NCBI GenBank assembly: GCA_963845755.1 | Contig: CAWJTV010000005.1 | Coordinates: 576,001 to 640,000 of the forward strand | DNA length: 64,000 nucleotides | Direction of reading: 5' to 3' | Source: an uncultured Planctomycetota bacterium | GTDB taxonomy: Bacteria; Planctomycetota; Planctomycetia; Isosphaerales; Isosphaeraceae | Shown: one piece after another, positions 12,028 to 21,900 of the stretch | Layout: each line of letters opens with the position of its first letter | How positions within the stretch are numbered: the stretch's first letter is position 1 | Notes under the pieces: generated by a model | What the model was told of the DNA's origin: nothing | The model's database searches: none | Seen by the model: only the letters and a program-made list of their open reading frames with translations | Made by a program: the position numbers and the translations under genes

Positions 12028-15000
12028 TCAACGCCCCCCCGAGTCTCCTGGAACAGTCGCCGACTTCTCCGCACGGATGGAACGGAGGAACGCGATCAAG
12101 TCGGCCAGGTTTTGAGGGGAGAGGTCCTTCTCCACCCCTTCCGGCATGAGCGAAATACCGGTTGAGGCAAGGCTCTCAATCTGGTTTCTCGGAACGACGT
12201 CCGACGCCCCCTCCGCGCGCTTGAGCACCAGAGCAGCCGCCGACTCCTCGACGATGATGCCGGAGAGCACGCGGCCAGTGACGGTTGCCAGCGAATAGTT
12301 CACGTAGTTGGACGCCACCTCTCGGTTCGGGTCGAGGATATGGACGAGCAGGTCCTCCCCAGATCGGTTCGCGACCGTGGCCAGGTTGGGCCCGACGTCA
12401 ACACCTTGCCCCTCGGCTTGGTGGCAGGTGGCACAGACTTTCTTGAAGACTTCGCGACCAGGGTCCCGACTTCCGGTCAATGACAACGACGGCTGGAACG
12501 CTGCGATGACCTCGGCCCGACTTCGCGCCCTCACGGCTCCGGATGCGAGGACCTTCTGGGCGGATGCTCGGACGGCGGGATCCGCATGGTTGCGCAATGG
12601 CATCAGTCGGCTCGGGTCAATCTCGGAGGCGGGAAGTTCGCGCCTTCCGATGGCCTCGATGAGCACGAGCGTCGCCTCCCGGCGACTCAGAAGTACCTCG
12701 ATTGCCTCGCGGCGCACCGCGGGACTCATCGATTTCCAGCGCCCGATCAGTTGTTGAGCCACGGAGGAGTCCAGGATTCCGCCCAGGGCTTGGATCACGC
12801 CGAGCTGGACGTCGGCTGGATGTCGGGCGTCGAGGAGTTCAGAGAGGCACTCCCGGGCCATCTTCGGATCCGCGGCGGCGAGGAATCGAACGGCCACAAG
12901 CCGGCTATCAGACGCGGCATCCGACCGGATGAGCTGGCGCACTGCGCCGACGAGCGCCGTGAGACGCCTGGAGAAGTCACCCCCTCGGCCAATCACAACC
13001 GGCAGAGAGCCGCCGGCCCGCTGGAGTCCGCGCAAAAGCGCCAGCGCAGCCTCCATCGTCCTCACAGGGGTCAGGCCGGCATCGTCGAGCAGTTCCGCCA
13101 ACGTGTTAAGTCGCTCGGTGTTTTGCTCGACACCAATGAGGTACGCCAACTGGTCGAACCAGACCGACCCTCCAGGCTTGGCCAAGAATCCGGGAACACG
13201 CGCGAGGGAGCGGAGAAATTCCGTGGCCCGCCCAGCAATCGAGCTGAGGACCGCGGCCCGGGTCCAGGGACTCGTCGCATCACGCTCGGCGATCGATGCG
13301 AAGGCAGCGAGCACTCTCGGGTCGCTTGCGACTTCTCCAAGGCGAAGCGCGACCTCAAAGCGAACCATCGGATCGGGATCTTGGGTCATCGAAAGCAGCG
13401 TCGAAACGAGCGAAGGCGTACCTCGGAGCCGGCCCTCCGTCAGGCACACGCTCCGCTCGCGGACGCGTGGCTCGGGATCGGCCAATCCCATGGCGAGAGT
13501 CTTCAGGTCCATCGCATCGAGGACTTGCAGGGTCCAGAGGGCGTGCAGCCGGCCCAGGGCGCTTGGGCGGCGGACAGCCAGTTCGCGCAGAAGCGGAGCT
13601 ACGGATCGATCGCGACGCTCAATCAGCAGACGCTGCGACGTTTCCCGCCACCACGAGTCGGGATCGGCCAGGGACTTGACCAGTACGGCCGAGGACGCCC
13701 TGCTCAAACGCGGCCCGCGGTGGCGAGCGGCTCCGGTGTACACCAATTGATAGAGACGTCCCCGCTCGTGGCCGCTGGTCAGGTCCAGGTGCTTCTTGAT
13801 CGGCTCCGGGATCGACAGGGGATGTTCGATGGTCTCCCGATACATGTCCAGGATCAGAAGAGTCCCGTCGGGAGTGTTGGCGAAATTGACCGGACGGAAC
13901 CAGTTGTCCGTCGATGCCAGGAACTCGATTCCTTCGTCCGCCCGCACGGCGCGGTACGTTGCGCCATCGATTTTCAGCCGCTTCCGATGGACCAGGTTGC
14001 CGCCAACGTCTCCGACGAAAAGGTTCCCGCGGAATTCCTCCGGGTAGGCCGAGCCCCGGTAAATGGTGGTCCCGGTCGCGGAGGTGAAGAAGCCGGTAGC
14101 GACCAGCTCGGTGGGCGGCAACCTCCTGGCCATGACCGGATCCGCGGCCCGCTGACGTGTCCGGACGAGACGCCACGGCTCGGGCGGACTGATCCGAAAC
14201 ACCGGCGCCGCGGGTCCCTCAGCCGCGATATCGAGGATCACCGGAGGCGGAATCAACGCCGGGTTGCGCTCGAGATCCCCGGACGGCAGCACGATCTGCC
14301 GGACATGATTGCTGTTGTTGCAGGTAAAGCGATGTCCCCAGTCGTCGAATGAGTGGCCGAACTGGCCGCCCCCGGAGATCGCCTCGAACGCGGAGCCATC
14401 TGGCCTGAAACGAAAGTCGCGGCCGCGGACCGAGACCGGCTTCTCGCCGGGTCGCGACAGATTCCGGATCATGCCGCCGTTGCTGCTCGTCACCCCGTAG
14501 ATCCAGCCGTCCGGTCCCCACAGCAGGCCGTTGACCAAGCCCTGGACGTTTTCCGTCCCGAACCCTGTGAACACGACTTTCCTGACATCGGCGAGGCCGT
14601 CACCGTTGGTATCCTTGGCGAAGAGGATGTCCGGCGCGGCCGCGATGAATACTCCATCGTCGTAGGGAACGACCCCTGTCGGCCATGCCAGCCCGTCGAG
14701 GAAAAGCGTTCGCGATTCGTATCGGCCGTCGCCGTCGTGGTCCTCGAGCCGAGTGATGCTGCCGGCGGATTTTTTCCCGGGAAACGGATAGTCGCGCATT
14801 TCGACCACGTACAGTCGGCCATCGGCGTCGTAGACGACGCTAACCGGATCCGCGACCAGGGGTTCGACCGCGATCGGCTCGAGATGAAACCCCTGGTGGA
14901 TGCGAAAGGATTTCAGGGCGGTCGCTGGATCCATCGCCTGGATTCGCGGCAGCTCTCGGGCCAGGTCGACCTCCTGGGAACCGCCACGGAAACCGGCCAT

Positions 15001-15048
15001 CACGAGGATTGAGGTGGACAGGATGACGAGGAGCGCGGATCGCCTCAC
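12028..15048 (-). CDS. PVC-type heme-binding CxxCH protein (propeller + HEAT-like repeats + cytochrome c)
   Basis: EPLVADPV, DADGRLYV, NWFRPVN, LDMYRETIEHP, CATCH, GPNL, SLMPEG; likely GTG start at 15048. Confidence 0.9.
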   Translation of the reverse strand: MRRSALLVILSTSILVMAGFRGGSQEVDLARELPRIQAMDPATALKSFRIHQGFHLEPIAVEPLVADPVSVVYDADGRLYVVEMRDYPFPGKKSAGSITRLEDHDGDGRYESRTLFLDGLAWPTGVVPYDDGVFIAAAPDILFAKDTNGDGLADVRKVVFTGFGTENVQGLVNGLLWGPDGWIYGVTSSNGGMIRNLSRPGEKPVSVRGRDFRFRPDGSAFEAISGGGQFGHSFDDWGHRFTCNNSNHVRQIVLPSGDLERNPALIPPPVILDIAAEGPAAPVFRISPPEPWRLVRTRQRAADPVMARRLPPTELVATGFFTSATGTTIYRGSAYPEEFRGNLFVGDVGGNLVHRKRLKIDGATYRAVRADEGIEFLASTDNWFRPVNFANTPDGTLLILDMYRETIEHPLSIPEPIKKHLDLTSGHERGRLYQLVYTGAARHRGPRLSRASSAVLVKSLADPDSWWRETSQRLLIERRDRSVAPLLRELAVRRPSALGRLHALWTLQVLDAMDLKTLAMGLADPEPRVRERSVCLTEGRLRGTPSLVSTLLSMTQDPDPMVRFEVALRLGEVASDPRVLAAFASIAERDATSPWTRAAVLSSIAGRATEFLRSLARVPGFLAKPGGSVWFDQLAYLIGVEQNTERLNTLAELLDDAGLTPVRTMEAALALLRGLQRAGGSLPVVIGRGGDFSRRLTALVGAVRQLIRSDAASDSRLVAVRFLAAADPKMARECLSELLDARHPADVQLGVIQALGGILDSSVAQQLIGRWKSMSPAVRREAIEVLLSRREATLVLIEAIGRRELPASEIDPSRLMPLRNHADPAVRASAQKVLASGAVRARSRAEVIAAFQPSLSLTGSRDPGREVFKKVCATCHQAEGQGVDVGPNLATVANRSGEDLLVHILDPNREVASNYVNYSLATVTGRVLSGIIVEESAAALVLKRAEGASDVVPRNQIESLASTGISLMPEGVEKDLSPQNLADLIAFLRSIRAEKSATVPGDSGGR

Positions 15049-15058
15049 GGATTGACCC

Positions 15059-17053
15059 TTACCCCTGGATGGCGTTGGTTCGGCCCAGGGCAATGTCGAA
15101 GTCGCCCACGGCCGGCACCAGCATGGAGAGGATCGCGAAGCCGTAGATTCCGGCACTCACCAGGAACGCGGCCATGAGATCGCCGTTGACCAGGCTGATG
15201 ATGCAGTAGAACGTCCAGAACGGCGTCAAGAGTGCGACCAGCGCGATGGCATTCGACGGATTCTTCGCACCCAGCGAGCCGAATAGCGCCACGCTGCCGG
15301 CCCCGATGAAGATCATGAAGCTGAGCATCTGCCGGCCAAACTCCCGGTCGCTGAGGGCGATCAAGAACGAGCACAATAGGATGCCGACCATTAGGAAGAA
15401 GATGGTGCCCAGGCTGTTGGCGACCGCAGTCCGGCTACTGGTGTAAGTGATCGCGGAATGGAGCCCAAGCATGCCGGCGAAGTGACACAAAAGGAGGAAA
15501 TCGAGCAGGAAGAAGACGAGGTTTTCCCCGGAGAGCATACCCATCACCGCCATCGCGATCGCCGTCGCCACCGGCAAGACGATCATCTCCTTGCTGTTGT
15601 AAAGCGCCCCGTAGAGTTTCCCGTAGATGAACTCCTTGGGGCTGAGTTCCGTCACCAGGAGGAGGTCGAGTGCCCCGGTGTCGCGCTCGCTGGTCAGGGC
15701 CGTGACGCCCTGCGCGTTGACGAGGACCAGGCTGAGGATCGTCAGGCCGACCGGGATCATGACCAGGCCGGACGCCAAGGGGTTTTCCATCCCCTGGCCT
15801 AGATTGAAGAACAGCCCCATGCCGAGCGCGAAGAGAAGGATGTAGCAGCCCTTGACGATCAGGGGCCGAGCTCCGTAGGCGCGTGTCATCAGCTCGCGCC
15901 AGAGGATGGGATTGGTCCAGGCCTCGCGATAGGCTCTTGGCGCCGCGGCGATCCGGCGATGAGTCCTTCGCGGAACGTGCAAGCCGGTCGTCGGGCCTGG
16001 TTCGTCACCCTTGGTCGGCAGCCGTGAGGTGCTCGAGGCTTCGGCGACTCCCGCCGGCTTGTCCGGAAGATGGGAACCTCCGGATTCGCCATTCGCGTGC
16101 GCTGTCCGTTCCTTTGTCGCCGTCCAGGTCGTGCCCACGGCGGCCGGTTCGTAGGCCAACTCCTCTTCGATCTCGACCAGTTTCTCGACGACCTCGACCT
16201 CGCCTTCCTCTCTCAGTTCGCGCGGTTCGTTATGGCCGGGGTTCCACTTGCGAAGCATCCAGGTCCCCAACCCCACCAGGATCGCGGCGAACGTCAGGCG
16301 ACACGCGATATAGACCAGGCTTGAAGCCCGGACCACGCCGGTCAATTCGCCCGATCGGGGATAGAGCACCGCCAGCATGGCGCGGTAGGGATTCAAGACC
16401 TCGACCAGCGGGACGCCCATTAACTCGAGCGTCGGAAACGCCAGTGCGAACGCTTCCACGCCGGCAACCGAAAAGACCACCATCAGGATGGTGAGCGAGA
16501 TCGACTGGAATGTCCGATCACGCCACAGGGCGATCACGAGCCCCAGGGCTCCCCCCGCCACGCCCGATGCCGCCGTGACCAGGAATAAGTTCGCCACCTG
16601 ACCGAAAGAGATCCCACCGAGCAATGTGCAGAGAAACAGAAGTGCGACGCTAGCCGCGAGGATGGTCAGCACATTGAGGAGGCCGGCGACCAGCTTGCCC
16701 AGCACGATCTCCAGGTCGCTCAGGTCGGTCATCAGCAAGAGCGTAAAGGTGCGCCGGTCCTTCTCGTACGACACCGTCGCGGCCGTGAACAACGGCGCGA
16801 AAAACAGCATCAAGGTTAATTGGAGCATGGCGAACATCCAGTACAGGATGCCGCCGAATCGCGCCACCACACCCAGCTCGGAGACCGTCTGCCAACCGAT
16901 GATCGATTGCCAGGCCGTCCACATCAAGATGAACAAGAAGCAAGAGAACGACGAACGTCCCAGGTAGTAGCGCGCCGGCCGGGGAGCCGTCAGAACTTCT
17001 CGCGCGATGATGGGTCCAGCAAACAAGGACGAACCTCCAGGATCGGCAATCAT
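15059..17053 (-). CDS. ABC-2 type permease-like membrane protein with two membrane modules
   Basis: GPIIAREV, EKDRRTFTLLLMTDLS..IVLGKL and NPILWREL, ERDTGALDLLLVTELS..IYGKL; ATG at 17053. Confidence 0.85.
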   Translation of the reverse strand: MIADPGGSSLFAGPIIAREVLTAPRPARYYLGRSSFSCFLFILMWTAWQSIIGWQTVSELGVVARFGGILYWMFAMLQLTLMLFFAPLFTAATVSYEKDRRTFTLLLMTDLSDLEIVLGKLVAGLLNVLTILAASVALLFLCTLLGGISFGQVANLFLVTAASGVAGGALGLVIALWRDRTFQSISLTILMVVFSVAGVEAFALAFPTLELMGVPLVEVLNPYRAMLAVLYPRSGELTGVVRASSLVYIACRLTFAAILVGLGTWMLRKWNPGHNEPRELREEGEVEVVEKLVEIEEELAYEPAAVGTTWTATKERTAHANGESGGSHLPDKPAGVAEASSTSRLPTKGDEPGPTTGLHVPRRTHRRIAAAPRAYREAWTNPILWRELMTRAYGARPLIVKGCYILLFALGMGLFFNLGQGMENPLASGLVMIPVGLTILSLVLVNAQGVTALTSERDTGALDLLLVTELSPKEFIYGKLYGALYNSKEMIVLPVATAIAMAVMGMLSGENLVFFLLDFLLLCHFAGMLGLHSAITYTSSRTAVANSLGTIFFLMVGILLCSFLIALSDREFGRQMLSFMIFIGAGSVALFGSLGAKNPSNAIALVALLTPFWTFYCIISLVNGDLMAAFLVSAGIYGFAILSMLVPAVGDFDIALGRTNAIQG

Positions 17054-17421
17054 TGGGGCGGGATGAGTTGGATTCAGGATGAACGCAGCCGTCGGTCCCC
17101 GCGCGTCGCCCGAGGCGGTTCCGCGCTGAGGGATTGCTTTGGCCTCGCGAGCAAGATCGGTCAGGTCTTCAGCCGACGTACGTTCCAGCAGGCCGATTTG
17201 TTCGGACTTACCCGGCCTGTTGCCCATCTCGAGTTTACCAGAACACGAATCCGGTCTCAAACCGGACCGGTCGATCTTCGGTGTCGATAGGGGATCCCTA
17301 CGTCTCAGCGAATGGACTCTCGAGTTGGTCTTCGATTGCGTGCTGTCACGCAGGAAGGTCAAAGTCATGCAGAACAGCATTTTCGGTTGGGCTTCACACC
17401 GAAGCGAGTTCGATTCGACCA

Positions 17422-17451
17422 TTGACAATGGGAGTCGCAACACCCTACGAT
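17422..17451 (+). promoter_or_regulatory. Sigma70-like promoter
   Basis: TTGACA-N18-TACGAT, followed by AGGAG (17486-17490) before the small ORF. Confidence 0.55.
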
Positions 17452-17494
17452 CAAGTACACTTTCCTCCATCACTCTTGCGAACCCAGGAGCAGG

Positions 17495-17917
17495 TTGGGC
17501 GTGTCCCGGTCCGGACGGAAATCCCTGAAACGGGAGACGTACCTCCTCATCGCAGGGGCTCTCCTGGTACTGGTCGAGGCGATACCCGCCGACGCTGCGG
17601 GTTGCCATGTGCCGGACCGTCCCGTGCTGGGTACTCGACTCTCCCTGGAGACCGAACTGGCTCTGAGCCCGAGAGGGACGCAGGAAACACTACCGCCACC
17701 GGTGTTCACCCATCCCCCCTGCTCCGGCGAGGTTCCGCATCTCCTCGGTGCCTCTGGCCTCAATGCTGGGCTCGCGAACCGGGATCAGTCGCCGCTCGAA
17801 CTTTCGCCACTTTCGGAATTCCTCGGGATCCCGGATACTGGGGGGCAGCTTGAGCCACGGCGATCCCGCATCGATCGTCCCCCGCGGGCACAGATCTCAT
17901 CTCTTCTCTTCGCGTGA
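17495..17917 (+). CDS. Small secreted-type protein ending RIDRPPR (candidate leader peptide)
   Basis: RBS AGGAG; signal-like LLIAGALLVLVEAIPADAA; GCH and PPCSG motifs; RPP near C-terminus; start TTG 17495 or GTG 17501. Confidence 0.6.
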   Translation: MGVSRSGRKSLKRETYLLIAGALLVLVEAIPADAAGCHVPDRPVLGTRLSLETELALSPRGTQETLPPPVFTHPPCSGEVPHLLGASGLNAGLANRDQSPLELSPLSEFLGIPDTGGQLEPRRSRIDRPPRAQISSLLFA

Positions 17918-17984
17918 TCGGCCCGAATGATCCTGGGCCGGTGCCATGGTGGTCCAGGAGTCGAATCGACGAGGGAATTAACGC

Positions 17985-18581
17985 GTGATCCGCGCGATTG
18001 TCAGTATTGCGCCCGTGAAGGTCGCGGGGCTAGTTGCAATGATCGCGTGCGTGGGATGTCAGCCGGCCGGATCCTCGGGGATTCCCGGCATAGAGCTCAC
18101 GCCGCCGATGACCTGGCATCGGATTGAGTCAACCGGGGTGATGGTCCCAGGGGTCTCCCTGGCGGCCTGGTCGGGTCCGGAGGGCTCGACGCTGGTCATT
18201 TACCGGACGTTACCCGCCCCGGGGGATTCGGCGTCGACAATCGCCGACGGTCTGGCGAATCGGCTCGAGAACCTCCCCGGGCTGACGATCCGCGACAGGC
18301 GAACTGAGACCCTGGCCGGCACGACCGCGGCGCGGATTGAAGTGACCGCTCCGGGGATTGGTGATGCCCTGGCACCCAGCGGTGTCGGGACGCCGATCGC
18401 GCCGGAGGGGAAGTCGCTGGTCCCGACCCGGCAGGTCACGATCGGATTCGTCCGAAACGATGCGACGCTCTACCTGCGCTGGCACGCTCCCGAATCGTCC
18501 TATGACCGGATCGCACCGGATATCCGCACCACGCTCGATTCGCTCCGCCTGACGGACCGGGGATCGTCGCCGGCCAACTGA
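17985..18581 (+). CDS. Putative lipoprotein, unknown function
   Basis: GAGGG RBS; hydrophobic N-terminus with lipobox-like ACVGC. Confidence 0.7.
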   Translation: MIRAIVSIAPVKVAGLVAMIACVGCQPAGSSGIPGIELTPPMTWHRIESTGVMVPGVSLAAWSGPEGSTLVIYRTLPAPGDSASTIADGLANRLENLPGLTIRDRRTETLAGTTAARIEVTAPGIGDALAPSGVGTPIAPEGKSLVPTRQVTIGFVRNDATLYLRWHAPESSYDRIAPDIRTTLDSLRLTDRGSSPAN

Positions 18582-18738
18582 CCGGCGAAACCCCACCGAC
18601 TAATCCGTGTTTCCCGAGTGTGTCGGTACGACAAAGCGGGATATCGCCGCGCTGGATGCGTCGGATCGATCGACGTCATCAATCACACCAATACGGTTTC
18701 GATCATTCTCGAGGTCTTATCGAGCGAGGGTTCGGTTC

Positions 18739-21700
18739 ATGACTGTGCAGGTCAATCCGATGCGAGACCGGAAGGGTCGGGCTTACACGCCCGCCGTCGG
18801 TCCGCGATTGCGGCCGCTCCTCTGGATCATCCTCATCAGCTTCGCCGTGCTCGGCGCCAACGGCTTCTATCTGGCCAGCGTCACGGCGCTGACCTGGTAC
18901 CTCGGCACCACCCAGCAGACGTTCTTCTACATGCTCATGATCGCGCTGCACCTGTTACTGGGCTTTCTGCTGGTCGTACCGTTCCTGATCTTCGGATTCG
19001 TGCACCTGGCGACTTCGTGGAAGCGGCCGAACCGGGGGGCGGTGCGCTATGGCCTGGCGCTCCTCGCCGTCGCGCTGGTCATCCTCATATCGGGCTTGAT
19101 CCTGGTGCGGATCGGCGATTTCCAGGTCCGAGATCTGAGGGTGCGCGAAGTCGGTTACTGGCTGCACGTCCTGACCCCTCTTCTCGCGATTGCGCTGTAC
19201 GTCAAGCATCGGCTGGCCGGCCCGATGATCCGTTGGCATTGGGCACGACGATTCGGTGTGGCCGTGGCCGGCTTCGTGGTGCTGATGGGGGTACTGCATC
19301 GGGCGGATCCCCTCGCGTTCGGCGTCAAGGGGCCCAAGGAAGGCAAGCGCTACTTCTATCCGTCGGAGGCGATGACGGCCAATGGGAAATTCATCTCCGC
19401 TCGGGCCTTGATGATGGACGAATACTGCCTCAAATGCCATGAGGACGCCTACAATGGCTGGTTTCACTCCGCGCACCATTTCAGTTCGTTCAACAACAAG
19501 GCGTATCTCAGTAGCGTCCGCGAGACGCGCAAGGTCGCCCTGGAGCGAGACGGTTCGACCCAGGCGGCGCGGTGGTGCGCCGGCTGCCATGACCCGGTAC
19601 CGTTCTTCTCCGGCGAGTTCGACGATCCGAATTACGATGACGTGAACAACCCGACCAGCCAGGCCGGGATCACGTGCACCTCCTGCCACGCGATCACCAA
19701 CGTGAACAACACGCGAGGGAACGCCCCTTACACCATCGAGGAGCCGGAGCACTATCCCTTCGCTTACAGCGACGACCCGATCCTCCAGTGGATCAACAAC
19801 GCGCTGGTGAAGGCCAAGCCCGAGATGCACAAGAAGACGTTCCTCAAGCCTGTCATCAAGGACGCGAAGTTCTGCTCGACCTGCCACAAGGTCGGGCTTC
19901 CCTACGGCGTGAACCACTACCGCGACTTCGTTCGTGGTCAGAACCATTACGATCCATTCCTCCTCTCGGGTGTCTCGGGGCATGGAGCCAGGAGCTTTTA
20001 CTATCCGCCGGTCGCCAAATCAGACTGCGTCGAATGTCACATGGAGCTGAAGCCGTCGGCGGACTTTGCAGCCCGCGACTTCGACGGCAAGGGCGGTCGC
20101 GAGATCCACGACCACCTGTTCATTGGGGCCAATACGGGACTCGCCACCATTCTTGGGGATCAGAAGACTGCCGATAAGCACGCTCGATTCCTCGCCGATA
20201 AAAAGTTGCGGATCGATATTTTTGGCCTCCGAGACGGCGGTGCGATCGAGGGGAACCTGCTCGGCCCGATCCGGCCGGAGGTACCGACTCTGAAGCCAGG
20301 CGGGAAGTATCTCGTCGAGGTCGTCGTCCGGACGCTCAACATCGGCCATCTCTTCAGCCAGGGGACCGTCGACTCCAACGAAATCTGGGTCGAGTTGGCC
20401 GCACGAGCCGGCGGCCGGATCATCGGCCACTCCGGCGGCAAGGGCCCCGATGATTCGGTGGACCCTTACTCGCATTTCATAAACGTCTACATGCTCGACC
20501 AGAAGGGCAATCGCATCGATCGCCGCAATCCCCAGGATATTTTCGTCCCTCTCTACAACAAGCAGATCCCCCCGGGTGCGGGGCAGGTCGTCCACTTCGC
20601 GCTGGAAGTGCCTCCCACGGAGCCCGGACCGATCACCCTCGAGGCCAGGGTCAACTACCGCAAGTTCGACCGTACCTATCTGAACTACATCTTCGGCGAG
20701 GGAAAGGGCCCCAAGCTCCCGGTGGTCGTCATGGCGAGCGATACAGTCCAACTTCCGGTCGAGGGGGGTGCGTCGGCGAAGAACGAACCATCGCCGATCG
20801 AACTCGTCTGGCAGCGCTGGAACGACTACGGGATCGGCCTCTTGCTGGAAGGTGGTAACACCGGCGGACAGAAAGGCGAGCTAAAGCAGGCGGAAGGTGT
20901 CTTCCGCAAAGTCGCCGACCTTGGGCCGGCGGACGGTTGGGTCAACCTGGCACGCGTCTACCAGAAGGAAGGTCGCATCCCCGAAGCCCTCGGCGCCCTG
21001 GAAAAGGCCGCCCGGCACGAGAAGCCCGCGGCTCCATGGGTCATCAACTGGCTCACTGGCGAGATCAACGAGCGCAATGCCATGCTCGACGAGGCGATCG
21101 AGAACTACGAGTCGGTCCTGAACACGAAGGTACCCGACCGCAAGCTGGACTTCAGCCTCGATTACGTGGTGATCAACGAGCTGGCCTCTACGTTGTACGC
21201 TCGAAGCCGCATCGAGCCGGTCAAGAGTCCGGAACGGCTCGAGTACCTGAAGAAGACGATTGCCGCCTATCGCCGGACGCTCGCGATCGACTCCGAGGAC
21301 TTCACCGCGCACTATGGACTCGGGCTGGCTTACGGCGATCCGGCCTGGGGAGATCGATCCACCGGAGGGCCGGCCAGTGAAGCCGGCGAGAAGGCGGCTG
21401 AGGTCTCCTCGGATGCGATCTTGAAGTCCGCTTCCGCGCTCGCCGATCCGAAGACTCGCGGCAACGCGTCGGCACGCCGAGATGCCGGGCTACGATTGGC
21501 CCGCGATGTCGCGAGGTTCATGGATGGGCCTCGGCCGGCCTACGAATCGCGGCTCGAGCCGCTGCACGACATGGTCGTGATCCTGGAACCGGCCTGGAAC
21601 AACGAGACGGACCCCGCCGCGAGGGCCGGCCTCGCCCGTGCGCTCGAGATGATCCACAAGCGGCTGCACGAACGACTCAAACCCGACGAGACGGCGGAGG

Positions 21701-21900
21701 GCCAGGCGTTCGCCGCAGCTCGCAAGCGCGATCCCGCGGCCAATCACAATGCTCAATCGATCGTCATTCATTCGCTGCATCGTCCCGGAGCTCCCGGCAT
21801 CGATCCGACCGCGGCCAAGGTCGGATCGTCCCGATCACCGGCGGCTCCAAAGGTTCCAGGTACGTCGTCGCCATCATCGATATCGGAGAGCGGACAATGA
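18739..21900 (+). CDS. Membrane-anchored multiheme c-type cytochrome with TPR-like C-terminus
   Basis: About 5 N-terminal TM helices; five CxxCH (CLKCH, CAGCH, CTSCH, CSTCH, CVECH); TPR-like WVNLARVY, AHYGLGLAY. Confidence 0.9.
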   Translation: MTVQVNPMRDRKGRAYTPAVGPRLRPLLWIILISFAVLGANGFYLASVTALTWYLGTTQQTFFYMLMIALHLLLGFLLVVPFLIFGFVHLATSWKRPNRGAVRYGLALLAVALVILISGLILVRIGDFQVRDLRVREVGYWLHVLTPLLAIALYVKHRLAGPMIRWHWARRFGVAVAGFVVLMGVLHRADPLAFGVKGPKEGKRYFYPSEAMTANGKFISARALMMDEYCLKCHEDAYNGWFHSAHHFSSFNNKAYLSSVRETRKVALERDGSTQAARWCAGCHDPVPFFSGEFDDPNYDDVNNPTSQAGITCTSCHAITNVNNTRGNAPYTIEEPEHYPFAYSDDPILQWINNALVKAKPEMHKKTFLKPVIKDAKFCSTCHKVGLPYGVNHYRDFVRGQNHYDPFLLSGVSGHGARSFYYPPVAKSDCVECHMELKPSADFAARDFDGKGGREIHDHLFIGANTGLATILGDQKTADKHARFLADKKLRIDIFGLRDGGAIEGNLLGPIRPEVPTLKPGGKYLVEVVVRTLNIGHLFSQGTVDSNEIWVELAARAGGRIIGHSGGKGPDDSVDPYSHFINVYMLDQKGNRIDRRNPQDIFVPLYNKQIPPGAGQVVHFALEVPPTEPGPITLEARVNYRKFDRTYLNYIFGEGKGPKLPVVVMASDTVQLPVEGGASAKNEPSPIELVWQRWNDYGIGLLLEGGNTGGQKGELKQAEGVFRKVADLGPADGWVNLARVYQKEGRIPEALGALEKAARHEKPAAPWVINWLTGEINERNAMLDEAIENYESVLNTKVPDRKLDFSLDYVVINELASTLYARSRIEPVKSPERLEYLKKTIAAYRRTLAIDSEDFTAHYGLGLAYGDPAWGDRSTGGPASEAGEKAAEVSSDAILKSASALADPKTRGNASARRDAGLRLARDVARFMDGPRPAYESRLEPLHDMVVILEPAWNNETDPAARAGLARALEMIHKRLHERLKPDETAEGQAFAAARKRDPAANHNAQSIVIHSLHRPGAPGIDPTAAKVGSSRSPAAPKVPGTSSPSSISESGQ

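Noticed and set aside
12586..14352. Long antisense ORFs (also 37516-39228, 39332-41287, 42535-44853, 44087-45652, 52024-53550, 54106-55515)
   Set aside because: Shadow frames of real genes in high-GC DNA, with no recognisable motifs
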